Positions 47,979 through 62,470 of a stretch of 64,000 nucleotides of DNA are shown here, one piece after another (positions within the stretch are counted from its first letter, which is position 1; each line of letters starts with the position of its first letter). Made by a program: the position numbers and the translations under genes. The DNA comes from Bugula neritina. Lineage: Eukaryota > Animalia > Bryozoa. A model generated the notes under the pieces. It did no database searches and was not told the origin of the DNA. It saw only the letters and a list, made by a program, of their open reading frames with translations. The stretch is from NCBI GenBank assembly GCA_964035545.1, contig OZ037766.1:13568722-13632721 (forward strand). Direction: 5' to 3'.

Positions 47979-48309
47979 TAACAAACCTGTCAAATCAAGC
48001 TAAGTTTTGTTAGTATAGATTAATAGCTCATATATTCAGTAAGACAACGAGCTAACTTGCTCAGTTTTATGTTCAAAATAGGTTAATGTTACCTGATAAA
48101 CTGATAGGCGCCAGGCTTAATAAATTTTGTTATTCCAACTATTTTTACTAAGTTACAGCTTGGTATCATCATATAATAATGTCATACAAACTATGAAAAC
48201 AATATATGTGGCTTATGTATATCCAAGTTGTGCACGTTCAGTATAAACACACAACCATATAAAAATTGATAGAAAATGTTTTTTAAAGCAGTTGAATACT
48301 TATTCATAT

Positions 48310-48427
48310 GTGGCACAGGAGAAATCATGATTGGCTAATTTTCCTAACATCACCAATAGCCTTTACTGAGGATCGAACCCATGTCCTTGCGTTTACTAAG
48401 CCAGCGTTCTCACCGTGAGTAGCCGCG
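48310..48427 (-). mobile_element. tRNA-derived SINE, partial copy 2
   Basis: Reverse complement TAGTAAACGCAAGGACATGGGTTCGATCCTCAGTAAAGGCTATTGGTGATGTTAGGAA matches the copy at 59667. Confidence 0.8.
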
Positions 48428-51400
48428 TTCTAACCCTCACACAATCATATGTGAACAGTATAGTATGCAAAAACTGTTACAGTTGTAATGCTGAGTATAT
48501 CAGAATTCTAGTTATTCTTTTCAAATAAAATTTCAGCCTAATAATTGCTTTACAAGGCTATATTATTTAATATAGCTCAGTCATATGGTAGATAGAATTA
48601 GCGTATCAGATTCCAATGTGCTGAGCTACTGATTGAGTAACAACTCGGGTGGTGAGCTGCTGTACAGTGAGCAGCTGAACGCACAATAACAGAATACGTT
48701 AGTGCCCATTGCCTGCTGACTCTCACAGCGGCACAGCAAGACTAACTCCTGCAATTGACTATAATTTAATTTTCTCCATATTATTGGAAAATACATTCAA
48801 CCGAACACACTACAATAATAATATCAATACTGATTTAGTCCTAGAAGTATAAAAATGCACACAGGTCTATGCTATGTACAAGCACAGTATTTGCCTGGCA
48901 AGTAAAAAACTGTACACAGGCCAAAAGTGCAGCTAGACAATTTAAGCCTAGTTTCTTAAAACACTGGCTTCTAACAGTTTTAATTGTGTTACTTTTACAC
49001 TGTTGAGTGTGTGTGAGCTAGCAATGCACATGTAGTGATGGTTTATGAAAAGTGTTGTTATTATACTGAAAGTGTAAAGAAGACATAAAAAAGCACTGCA
49101 TGGGGTATTTAATGTTATCTGCAGTGGAATACTCTCTATTATTGCAAGGTTCCCAGGTATATGAAGCACTAGATGACTAGAATATTGATGTGAATGTAAG
49201 TTTACCCATAAGAGCACATGATGATATTTACTAGTAGATAACAGAAACCATTGTTCAAAGCAATAGTCATGTGTAAATAGACACTACCATTAGCTTTTCA
49301 TCTACAGAGTTTGTCGGGTTATTGATGCACTCATTTGGGATTTAATTTCCTGGAGAATTTCTCCAAAAGAAAAATAATACGGAGAAGCTTAATTGAGAAG
49401 AACATTAGTTAGAGTATGCCGTGTGCAGTATGAGCTTAATGAATAGAGGTAAGATGTAGTGTCTGTGAGTAAGATAATTGGTTCAAGATCGCCAAATTAT
49501 ATGAAATTGATGCTTTCAAAATATATGTATTTCTCACTCTACTTTATGCAAAAAGCTGTGCTTATAGATAAAAGTATAATATTATTGACGGGCCAATCTA
49601 TGACAATGTATTTGTAATAAGCTTATTAAACTCTCACTTAGCAATATAAATGCCAGAAGACAGCCTTGAACATGTACAAAGTATTATACTACAGAGTTGA
49701 ATATATATGTTATATTATATCATAATTTATCATATTATGTATTATACATATTACAATTTTTTCAAGTGGTACAAAACTTACAAAAGTACATCTCTTTGCA
49801 AAGTTTAAGGTTCTGTGAATAAATTCATCAACCTCATGTTAGTTTATGAATTTTAGCATAAATTTTATCCAATTTTTTACTGATATTATAGGTTCATTAT
49901 TTTAATGATATTAATATTAGCAATCCAACATGAACCCAAAAAATATTGTTGAAAACTTTTAATCTTATAAGAAAATTAAGACAGTAACCACACTTACCTC
50001 ATGCCCATCTTTCAGCGATCAGAGTACAGAGCTTGTTTAGTCAATACACCATTCATTGTATGAAATGAAAGCAGAAGCAGCTTGTCAGTGGTAATGACAG
50101 CAAATATGATAGTCGCAGCTGCATGACAACTTATACACAGCTAGCTGTATATATTTATTGATTAAGACTGCAACTTCTTTTCAATGGTTTAGCAGACTGA
50201 GACGAATTGAACTGTAAAATACAATGCAATACTGTATTACATACTGTTCACTGACTTGGAGTATACATGATGTAGAAACTAAGCATGTTTTGTTAGGCTT
50301 TCGGTTCAAGAAAGTCGTGATTTCATAGAAACTTTCTTTCTTCTTTGAACTTGTAAATAAACTTTATATAATCGGCAATTTAAATCGTTTACATACTGTT
50401 TTGGATCTTTCATATATTTTATTATTTGCACTCAAAAGACAATAAAATAATAAATTCAACAATAATAATTATATTATGCGACAATTACAAAATATATCTA
50501 ATTGGTTTTGGAAAATGCTATTGCTGTGAAGAAATGCAGAGTTGCGTGCTATTCTATAGGTACCTAAGTAGGCACCATTAAACTAGCTTTGCTCCAAGAA
50601 GAATTGATATTTAATAAAATAAACTTCTGGGCATAAAACCACTTTGTTCAAAAATTAGAATGCCACTTTGCATCTGACATACACCAATGTTTTGGATAAA
50701 TTATTTACAATTAATAAAAATTATAGCAATCCTAGAGTTTTCTTTATGCAGAGGTGAAAAGTATCATTATGCTCTTGTGCAGATTTAGCTACCTAATCAC
50801 TCAGCTTTATTGTGACTTAAAGGCAAAACTAATTTTCAAGCAGTCAAAAATTATTTGATACTAAAATATCAGTAAGTGGAAAAATAACTGCTTAGAAAGA
50901 GTACCTCTTTCAAAACTTGCAAATTATTGCACAAGACATCTAAGCTAATTAGGGATATGTCAATATATTTTATGATATGAATATCATATAGAGGCCTGTG
51001 GAATGGTATATAATGTGGGTGGTATAACACAGCCTGTATATAAACATCACAGCGTATAGCATATTATGACCTGAAAGAAAGCTTTTATGATGTGAAATGA
51101 TTCACTGGTGCCTAGAAGTTACCTTTACTCTAAGAAAATAGATAGTGATTATACATATGTACGTCATGTAGAGTATCTATATCCACCTGCACAAAGTGTA
51201 CTCTGAGTAGAAATACTAAGACAATTGCCTTGTCAGTAGCAATTAAATGGAAAGCAATGCCAGCATTTGTGTATAGTCAGTATAGAGTTTCTACCATTTA
51301 AAGATATACCATATAAAGAGAGTATAATATGTTGCTAGTAGAATACATGGTAGAAAAAATTATCTTTCTTCCAAAAATCGCAAAACTTCTCAACACAAAA

Positions 51401-54400
51401 CTGTCTAGCAACTCAAATGCACGTTATATCAATTTAATAAATCTAAAACTAATTGTTACTACTCATTAATGACCAACAATTCCTTTATAGTAAAACATAT
51501 AAACATAGGAATGTTAGTTCAAAATTCCTTCTAAAATCTAATGACTGCTTGGTGAATGCATATTCTGTCAAAAAGTAAGAAAGTGAGTATAAACTATAAA
51601 TGATTGAAAGGCCTGCATTACTTATGACTTATGTAATCACCAACATCTTATATTGTACCAATATAATCTACGTATGTTATGCTATAATGAATTATGATAA
51701 CTATATAGCCTACAATATGCTATTATCCCTATATAACAAATATTATTATATTTGCACCCAGAAATTTAGGTATTATAAGCACACGCACAGTTATTTTGAT
51801 TTAATATACTTACCTTACAGTGCGAGTTTAGAAGTTTAATTTACAAACAAAACGCTAAAGAAAGTTTTTTAAGTAAAACTGAGAAACAATAGAGAAAGAT
51901 ACAGAATCACATCTGCAATCGTTGTGAATAATGTTGAAAGTAGCTGATGCCACTGCCCCCTTTATAATAGATTTTTATTCCTAATAAAATCGTTTGGTTA
52001 TTGAGTAAAAATTAATACTTATTGTATGAGGCAAATATGGTGTGACACTTATAACAATTATTGCATTATCTAATGTCTTTGTTGATTAATTCTAAGCTAC
52101 TGGCCCATAATACATATATACCTGCACAGACATTACTCTGTTCAATATTTCAGACACAGCATAGATAATGATCCATTGATTTTATTCAGTAGAACAGAAA
52201 GTCTTACAAAAAGAGCTGCAAATCTATCAGACAATGACAGTGGCTATAGATGATAATATGAACACTGTGCCCAACTATACGGGCTGTGTACGAGTTGTAT
52301 AGTTGTTTAATTATTAAACAGGGTTTTCTGTTATTGATATACTGGCTGCTCTAGTGTCAATCCAAAAACACTTGAATAACATTAACTAGAAACTATTAAT
52401 TTAAATACCAGCTTTTTGTGTTCATTAATGATTGCTGGATGAAACTTGAAAATATGTTTTAAACTTTTTTGTTTGCTTAAAACACATATTCCCCAGTTGG
52501 CTCTCATAGCTACTTGCATATAGTTTAGTTTTTCCTAGTTTTCTTGAGCAGATGCTTTGTAACAGATTTCTTTATTAATTTTGTATCCAAAGTTGTTTTT
52601 AGGTGCAGGCTAATGGTGTTTAAAAAGTTTTATTAGTTTAATCAAATGATATAGTCAATGTATAGTTACTTACCAGCTTGTAATAGGAATTTTTGGCAAA
52701 TTCACTTCCCAAAGAGCTTCTATAATTTTATAGCACCAGTACTGTATAGACTAGTTTGCAGTAATTTGTTGTGGCTTGTACATGTATTATATGTACATTA
52801 CAGCCCATTAACTTTGCAGCATCTTCGCTATTTCTAATTATATCACTAATTAGTTCCCAGTAGAAATCTTAGAGGATTTCATCTAGTCAGTTAATTTCCC
52901 ATTTATCTACTCCACACCGTAAGAGACAATACTACCTAATGAACTGATTATGCTAACGACACTGCGTCTCTCACTACTCAGTCACTGTGACCAACAAAGC
53001 CCAAAATGTCAGCGAACGATATTATATGAACTACTTTATCTGTAGTGCTGAGTGTAAAAGGTTACTTCACCTAGCTCATGCAATATAGAAGTAGTGTGGC
53101 AATTCTCTAGAGCTGCTCTAAAGTCAAATTAATCAATACCCAACAAATATTTCACACACAGATATGCAGTTGGTTATATACTTCTCTATCTAACTTGATG
53201 GTTTATTAACAGGATTTATTATAATGAGCAAACTTTAATTTGCAGAAATAAATTTTTCAATACTTAAGCCAATAATTAATGAATGTCAATTCTAAACTTC
53301 GTATTATAATATTTTTCAAATAATGATATAATGAATCCTTAATAGTTTCTGTTAGCACAGGCAAAAATTTGCCTTCGTTTATATGCCAAAGCAGCAATTT
53401 TATTATCTTTACATCACATATTTTATTATTGCTATTATAATCTAGGAGCTATGAGTTTATTAAAAATAGTAACTAAACTTTAGAATTGTCTATTTTCAGT
53501 TCTGACAAGTGGGCAGTTTGTCAATAAACCATAATGTCAAAGCACAGCAGTTCTTTTGGTTATATTTTGTACCAACATTGCAGGGAAGTTCTAGCTCTAC
53601 CACCCACCCAGAGTATTGTTTTTACTGCATAATCAAGAGTTTGTTATCTTGAGATGTGGTACTGACCAAGAAGAGTGTGAAACTATATTATAGATAATAA
53701 ATCAAATTCACAATCTAAGTCACTTGTGGTGCAAACTTTTTTGTGAAAAACATGAAAAGTTGAACACACCCGCATTACAAACTAGACTGTACATTCTCAA
53801 GTGCGTGTTAATACACTATTAAAAACATTTTTCTTACTTATAATTGCTACAAGTTTAAAAACCCATATACATTAATCTTAGCTGTACTTTCGAACTAATG
53901 TTATGACATGCAAATGGCAACACTGACCCAAAATAAAAGTTTAAATATATTATTGTTTTGGTAACAATTTAGACAAGCAATATCCTTATATACAAATGGT
54001 GAAAACTACTTTCACTTTAATCTTTTTTTAACCATCATATCTTTGTATTTATAAAAGAGCTCTCCTTCAAGAAAAAATTAAAAGATATCAGTTTCAGTTC
54101 TTTGCTTTGTCAAAAAATGTATTTGAGAAATTTATGACATCAGCATAATGCAAATAACAATAAGTTGTTGTCAATGATAGGCTTTCTTGTCAATGAATGG
54201 AATAACTAATGAAACTGCATCAACACTATACACATGAACTCTATCACATGATGACACAACCGAATTGATAGATCATTACGGTATACCATGGGTACCATAT
54301 GCGCTACAGAGTTGCATTGAAGTGATATGGGAAAAGCAATATATTTACACAGTAGAACATGCAATATAATTATACATATTATGTAAAACAGTAATCAATA

Positions 54401-54427
54401 AAAGTACATAAACATGAAAATAGTTAT

Positions 54428-57400
54428 CTACAGAGAAGACGGTGAGCTGACATTAATTAAAGCAAATCTATATTGAGTAGAATCTATCACCCTAATTAGA
54501 CAGACAACTCCAAAATTATTTCTACTCAATTGTTTGTTGTCAGAGTTGTCTTTTCTTTTCAATATGTATCCATTTGACTCTAGGCAACACTTGAGTGAAC
54601 TCATAGTTACAAATCCAAAACCTTCACTATGACCAATGTTTGGGGAGTACCTTCCAGAGATAACATAGCCTATAACCCGCCTGGTAACGCTAAGTCTATC
54701 TGTAGGTAATGTGGCATGTGTTTCATCTCTAGCCTTAGGATTGCCATTATACCGTTCTAGCACTGGGCCATGTATGCTCGAACCATCAACTAAGCCGGCA
54801 ATGTCCGACATAAGTGGAAGGCAAATTTCAGCTCTCGCCTTAGGATCACCTCTGTTCCACATGGATATGTGTACAGGTACCAGGTTTACAGCTGATAGTG
54901 ATGGAGGAATAGTAACCGATCTGAAAATATCAACGGATGTAATAAATATTGCCTGACTCATAAAGGGTTACAACCCATCATTACTTGTCATAGCTGTCTC
55001 AAATTAACTAATAAGGAATCAAATGTAGCTCAAAATTAATACAAAACTATTTTATCACCAGAAACAAAAATTAATTTCAAGCTTTGTTTACAAACTCAGC
55101 TAACTATTGTTAAGTGAAATTCTGATATCTCAACAGCAAATGATACAGCAAAACTAACAACAGCATGACAGCAGTATAAAACAGCGTCGCATCAGTTCAG
55201 CAGAAACGAAGAACCAATCACACGCTTACCCACAAATCTCTGCCTCATCATTCGATGCTTTTCTTAAACAACATTGCTTTAGTTCCTCAAGAAAATTCAG
55301 GTCCCGAAGAGCAATAGGTACCTGCTCATTGAGCAAACCTGCCCAATCGCATCTACAAATTTATAGTAGTGAATGTATTGCACTATTTGTACATAGAACT
55401 TACAGTTTACACTATCTACTATTTACTACTCTCAATACCCGGTTTACAAATAGAACAAACGCATTTTGTAGAGATTTGGAATAAAGACTACGTTTAATAC
55501 ACAAGTAGGTTAAACTGGTATTTTACTTGATAATACAAATTTTAGATTTTTAATATTATATTATATATTAGAATAACTAAAGAGACAGACTAACCATCTT
55601 GATTTGTAAGTGTAAGTTAATTCCTCGACAGTTATATGAGCTTATTAACCCCAGTGAACACACCTACGTACAGCAGCACTGAAAAACTGAAAAAACCTGA
55701 TTAAGACAGAAATCCCCATCAACCATTACGAACCTAAATGGTGAGTTAGTACGGAGCTTGTCAAAATTAGGTCTTTTATTTGGTGGGTACTTGAAATGCT
55801 TAGTTTGCAGCTCCTTTGCCAAAGAAAGTTCTTCATCCTGAGCGACTTTGGTGTCTGGAAAGTCCATTGGAAAGCTGAATCTGGAGGAGTAGAAATTAGC
55901 CAAGTGAGTTTCTCTAATACCACCTGCAACAAGATATAGGTAACACACGATAAACCTACTGTAATACAGCCAGTCAAGGATAGATAACAAGAACAACAAA
56001 CTCTTGAAGTATTTATCTATAGTTTACCTCTGCGCTGCTCAGTAGTACGTTACTATATTATAAAAATTATATAGTATTTTATAATTAATATATAATCTTT
56101 ATATATAGCTACTTAATTTAGTAGTATTCAAGAAGGTTATTTGCACTCTTCAGCAGTATGTAGAGCCTTAACCACACGCACTCACACGACTACTATACTA
56201 GAGAGTAGGAGAATGTTTGAAATACCTGCACGTGCCCCAGCATAGGCAAATGCCAGCCAGAACGCCATACCCCAGTTAGCTGGTATTATAATATCAGACA
56301 TTTCAGGGTAAACCATGAGGAGGAGTGGAACACAGTTCTCTTTTGGTCCCAGATTCATTTCAGAACCTGAAATCAAAACTGAGTAAGCTGCAGTTTTGTG
56401 AGTACATAAATTTCCTACTATGTATACATGTACACCAAGTAGATTTACTTAATTGCAATTAAATCCACAAGTTAAAAAAACTACCTTAAATTTATTTAAA
56501 AAAGTTTTCTGTTGAAAATAATCAGAAACCATAAGTAGTTAGCAAGACTTACTCAACAAGCTGTTTCATAAAACACAGTAACATGCTAAAATGTGTTTAT
56601 TTCAACTTCCAAAGAAGTGCTGATTAATTTTGTTACAGCTAGAAATGTATGCCTGCTCACACTGTTCCCTCCCACCGCTCACAGTTGAGGTAGACTACGC
56701 GTGATGTACAATACATACCAGGTACTAGCAGCTGGGAGCGCAACTGGTTGATTTCATGCTGAGTCATCATATTATGGCTGACAGTATCTCTAACTTTGTG
56801 ACTCCAGAGCGGCGAGTAACTCACAGGGGAAGTAACTCCAGAGTCTACTTGCTGCAAGAATATTTCACCATAACTTGAATGCATTGATGAAAACATGACC
56901 AAATAAGGCTAGAACCTTGCCAGTTGTTACAGCAATGCAGTGTCGTCACATAAACAGTATAAATTTCCACAAAAATAATAGCTCGTTGCAAACATTTGAA
57001 ACAAATTACACGAATGATAGATAGCATAAGGTGTGTGTTAGGTTGTGAGGTAGTACCACCTCAACAATCACAGAGCTTAGCAAGTTAGTTTCACTACAAA
57101 GGCAGGAATGAGAACTTTTTGAAGAAGCATCAAACGAAGAGCAAGACACAAGAAACAAGAGCAATATTAACAAATACGACATGAGCATTATCTCCTCACA
57201 CATGGCATGTTTATACTCATTTGATACACTGTATATGCAGACTGAGTCTTACCACTGAACAGTCCATGTCTGTGCCGAGACTCTCAGCTTCATCAGTGCT
57301 GACATTTTGTCTACCATTTTGAGGTTCTGATTCAGCTGTTTCCTGGTTGTTTCGATGGTTTCTAACTGTATAAAATGTATTTCTCACATGCTACATTATG

Positions 57401-60400
57401 CCACCACAAAATATGGATTATTTTAAAAGAAGTTAAACAAAGCAATACGCAATGTAGGTGCTGCTTATAATTTCTTCCCAAGACATTTCTCAGCATATAA
57501 CAGTGAACTTCTATGAAGCCCAGACTGTTCATTCATGTACAATTCTAAAATACTATAAAAATTAATTGTGCCTTAAAATAAAGCTGAAGCGTAAAAGATT
57601 ATAAAAACTTCCAATTCTATAAGATGCGATTTTATAAGGAAGCTTGAAGACTGCAATATACAGAAACAAGTGCTCTGTTAACTAAGCCCTTTAAGGTTAT
57701 AGTCTGATCATGCCTCAAAATCTACTCACGAGATGCCATGTGAGTCTGTATAGCAGTCATACACAATCGAGGGTCCCTGACTCGCATGCCGGCAACAACA
57801 GCGTGTGCTGAGTCACGAGAGAAAATGGCCGACAGTTGCGAACTCTGTGTCAGCTCCTGTGACGAGTCAGAGAATTGATCTCTCCACCACACATGGGCAC
57901 CTTCTACATGACAACAAACCTTTAGAGGAGTGTAGCTTTCTGCTGCTTTAGCTTGCTTAGACAAGCCTACTTACGCAGTATGCGATTATGAGTTATAAAA
58001 TACGTTACAACACGTAAGCGTGTTACATGCATGAAGATACTAGGTAGGAGGATATTGCAGAGATTTATTATAATAGCAACCATCACGAGTAGCATCCTTG
58101 GTATAGTCATAGGATATTATGTGCATATCACATGCTTTCTATAATACCACTTGTATTTTAGTTGTATATATTACAAGTATTTTAGTCGTATAGGTTACAG
58201 GTAATTTAGTCGTATATATTACAGGTATTTTAGTGGTATATATTACAAGTATTTTAGTGGTATATATTACAAGTATTTTAGTCGTATATATTACAAGTAT
58301 TTTAGTTGTATATATTACAAGTAATTTAGTTGTATATATTACAAGTAATTTAGTTGTATATATTACAAGTATTTTAGCTGTATATATAACAAATGACATG
58401 TTATACCTGCAGTAGAATCTGTAGTAAAAGGACTAAGCACCAGTTCCATCACCTCCTTCGTCTTGGGGCCATTTAACCTGAACCTGATCAACTCATCCTT
58501 CAAACTCCTCAAACTAACAGCACCATCAGCTGATCTCCACACACCGTTCTCTTGCTCTGTGCACACTACGGTATACAGAACACACCATACAAATCAAACA
58601 TCACAACCAATCCAATACTACAACTACAACTAAATTGATAGAATCTATAACAAGTCAATACCCTGCTATTTACACTCTATGAAATTGGTAGCTATGAAAG
58701 GTTGGCTGAACAAGAGAAACAAAGCGATAATAGGATGTTTACTTTTAAGATTGAATTTTCAACAAAAAATTAAAAACTTACAAGGGGCTAAATATCACTG
58801 AGAGAAGAAGTGAGAGTTATCACCACCCTTCGTCAATGGAGTGTTTTGAGCAGAAGCTCCACTCAGATAATAAAGGGCTGAGCTTGTAGGAAAATTATAA
58901 AAACTTGATACACAAAAAATTAATCTTCAGACAAAAAATATTTAAGTATTATATATCCAATAGGCACTGTGCACTGCCTGCTTGACACAAACATGACAAC
59001 CAACTTCAGGTGTCTTACCAGGAAAGGCTCCACAAAGTACATCCCACACTGATGTGAAGGCGGCTATGTGACACCAAATCCAAACCTGGTGTTCAGTTTG
59101 TTTTGTGTTGCTGTTAAACATGACATCAACTTGACTGACAGCACCAGCAGGGTACTTGTTGGGGTGATAAAGTGTACAGGTCAATGCATTCACTCCATCA
59201 GCGTAGCTTCTAATCCCTCCCTTTGCCAACTGACCAGCTTCATGGAGCAAATCACAATATCTTATTCATAAAATTACACAACCATTATTACAAACAAGTA
59301 CACACACACACAAAAGGTAAACATTGCCTGGTAATATTTTACAAAAAAAATAACTCGTTGATTTACATTTTTCAGAAACTTTTAAATAACTTATTTTCAA
59401 TGATAAGTTTAAATATGCATATTACAAAATTTTGAAGCGCTTTTTAAATTTATTAACCTATCACATATCTGAATTAACTGGTAAAATAGAGTTGTGGGTG
59501 ACCTAAATTCAACACGTATGATTTATCAGGTTATTTTGTAATTCTCATGCTCCTAAATAATCCTACGAATTGCTGAAAATATTTAGCAAAAAAAACCAGA
59601 AATACAAGTATCTCGAAAACTGCAAATTTGAATCCTTAATGTCCACTATAAGAATTTGAATTTAAAGGAGCAGCCGTGGTCTAGGGGTTAGAGCGTTTGA
59701 CTAGTAAGCACTAAGTCATGGGTTCGAACCCCGACAAAGGCTATTGGTGATGTCAGGAAGAGTATCCAGTCATAATTGCTCCTGTGCCTCATCTGAATAA
59801 GTTCTTAGCCTGATGTAATAAGAACTCCTTTCATCAGGAGTGTTCTCACAGGGATGATGACTGTAAACTTGCCTGAGTGAGTTGTATAACAATGTGAATT
59901 TAACAGTGAATGTATTATTACCACATTATTAACTCTTACCTATATATTTCACCAATTCACTAGTATTTTAAATGAAAGTAGAAGACTAACCTGGCAACAC
60001 CGTGTCTAATGTACTGATCATTAGTTCTTTAGGAGCAACAAGTTCGATGCACTGAATGTATGAGTGATCTTGTATAAGACAGTGAGACTTTATTGACCTA
60101 TAGGCGCATCTCTCGCTCTTAGCTGTTGGACACAGGGCTAGCTTGCAGCCCCACTTCTCCGTCATGTGGAACCTATAGAATCACCTCAACATTACTAGAG
60201 ATTCGCAGCAGAACTGTCTTTTAAAAATGTGTATTGCGACATAATATTTTCATAATTCTTCTCACATGTATACCAAAAATATAATAACTTTGCAATAGCA
60301 AATAATTTAAACACGGTCGTCAACCATGACTTGGATTTATCTCAGGAATGGTACATTGGGTATCAGTTTTTTATTGATGATAATAACGTTACCTTTTAGC

Positions 60401-61568
60401 ATGCCAGATGTGTGTTTCCATCCACCATACCCTTCTTTGTCGTCTTGTATATTCTTCCAACAGGTGCTTAGGTCTTCGCCGATAATATCGAGAGTGTTGC
60501 TTAGGTTTAGTCACCTTTGCAGTCTTTAAATAGATAAGCACTAGCACTGTTGAAAGTCATAGAATTGAGGTAATTTTTCAACTTTCAAATATAGAATAAT
60601 CAGTATTCTGAAACTGTATATCTACAATTTTTATTTGTAAACTTACTGTAATGTTACCAGTGACTCTGCGTGGGATCCTGTTTATATTGTGACTTGATGC
60701 ACGGCGTCTCATATAATGAGGAACTGACTGTATAATATTACGATTTCTATTTATTTTGTTAATAGCCGAAGTCAAGGCCCTGATTTCTTTTGCATGACTT
60801 TGCGCCAAGTCTGTAACCCTCAACTCTGAAAATCATAGAAACCAACTGAAAACTCATGAAACATAAATCTTGTTTGTTATTGATACAAATTATCATATGA
60901 ATAATATTCAGTCCCTAATCATAGTGTTTTCAACTTTTTCTTTGAAAATTGGTGTACAGCTACAGTCAATGATACAGTCTCGCACTTGTTGACCAATGTT
61001 TTACTGCAGCCTTTGAAACATTAGCTAAATCCTATCAAATGTTTTACCATAATACAATTCACCTTCTTACATATCTTGCTTTTGTATTCATCTATTTTTT
61101 TAAAAACAAACCATTTTTAAACAAGACAATATTTTCAGGATTTAGTTTTCTTGTGAATTCAATTATCAACAGTTTGTTATTTAGCCAGCAGCTAACCTTC
61201 AAATACAGAGTTCATAATTTAGTAAAACATTCTGAGATATGAAAATGTCATTGCAAAAGCTTTTACAAAATTCTCTTCAAATAACTATGCCTCATCATAA
61301 TACAACTTGACTTGACCCACAGTTGAAAAAGTATTGAGTTATAATTCTACATTTGATGCATGGAATTGCCTAGAAAGGCAAAGGCCACATTTAAAGTTAA
61401 AATAGAACTTTGTCCTCAGCAACTTTCATACAATTAGAAAACTGAAGTAGATGCTGCAAAAGAAAATCAATGATTTAAAATTATATTTTCTATTGAGTAG
61501 TTTTATATACCTCTGGGTGCATCAACAATATGATCCACTTTACATCTCCTCTCCAAAACTTCTGCCAT
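54428..61568 (-). CDS. POP1: Ribonuclease P/MRP protein subunit POP1, ~785 aa, 13 coding exons
   Basis: Signature motifs QSVPHYMRRRASSHN, WMETHIWHAKRFHM..WG, QDHSY, WIWCH, IIIPANWGMAFW, FPMDFPDT, PPNKRPNF, IGYVISGRYS..GFGFV, YRFA. Exons 61568-61511, 60825-60647, 60523-60393, 60172-59991, 59237-59019, 58565-58407, 57966-57730, 57365-57253, 56851-56719, 56366-56226, 55923-55734, 55352-55230, 54920-54428; first exon and exon-5 boundaries less certain. Confidence 0.93.
58150..58390. repeat. 24-bp minisatellite (TATATTACAAGTATTTTAGTCGTA) in a POP1 intron
   Basis: ~10 tandem copies; explains the VIYTTKIL ORFs. Confidence 0.92.
59667..59882 (+). mobile_element. tRNA-derived SINE, copy 3 (best preserved)
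   Basis: A-box TGGTCTAGGGG at 59677, B-box GGTTCGAACCC at 59721, followed by a non-tRNA body shared with two other copies. Confidence 0.88.
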
Positions 61569-62370
61569 TATTCAAATGAGCAGTGTAAACAGTTAAAGAG
61601 AATCTCACAGATCTTTAAATGCTACAAAACAGTTAGAATTTAATTAGAAGAATCAAATTTAAAAAATTAATTAAGTAAGTAAATACATCTATATATAGCA
61701 ATTACGTTGACAAGAATAAGTTTACATCTTTAAGGGATTTTAAAATATTCATAGAGTGATCACTAAATTATCTATCTAATTACAATAGTCAATAACTCTT
61801 TCTAATTGTACGAGTTCTCATCAGTCTTTTCAAAATTTACCGCATAAATTTCAAGCGAAGCATTACAAATATTGATTGATTGAGTGATTAGCTGAGAAAC
61901 TCAATTCTTTTGGTTAAATATATTCAACACAATAGAGTGTAGACAATGGTTCAGAATAAAATAATTATGAAATAGCAGACAATGAATGCAGTGTTCAACA
62001 GTAATGTAGTGTGAATGAGTTATAGAGCTCAGTGTTAGTCACATTAACTTGGAAGCTTGCTGACTCAGTACTAGAAATTTTTAGATACACATGTACAAGT
62101 TTGATTACTACCAAAATCATTTACCTGAGGCTGATTCAAATCAACTTCCTTAGCTTATTGATTTGACATATTTTACTAAATTACCGCAAATTTTCTAAAT
62201 TTAGTCAAGTTACGCCAAGTTAATAACAAAATTATTTTTATTTTACTTTCAACTTTAGTTTCTACAAGTCCACCCGAGTACATATTTTCAAGCACCCGAG
62301 TTACTAAGAATGTGACTTAGAGTTAGACCCAGCTAATAAAAATAGTTAGTTACCCTCTTATTATTGTTGA

Positions 62371-62470
62371 ACTGTGGCCATTTTACACTAAAAGCGCCCC
62401 ATTTTATGATCACTGAAGTTAAGTAAAGCCGAGTTAGTACGTAGATGGGTGACGCATTGTGTTGTAGACT
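62371..62470 (+). pseudogene. 5S rRNA-derived fragment (pseudogene or SINE3 head)
   Basis: GGCCAT..GCGCCC..TGATC..GAAGTTAAG..GTTAGTACGTAGATGGGTGAC..TGTAG is collinear with 5S rRNA boxes A/IE/C, with deletions. Confidence 0.7.

Noticed and set aside
58139-58415. VIYTTKIL repeat proteins or a CRISPR-like array
   Set aside because: Head-to-tail 24-bp intronic minisatellite with no spacers in a eukaryotic context
59667-59745. tRNA gene
   Set aside because: No complete acceptor stem or T-run terminator; continues into a body shared with other dispersed copies, so it is a SINE
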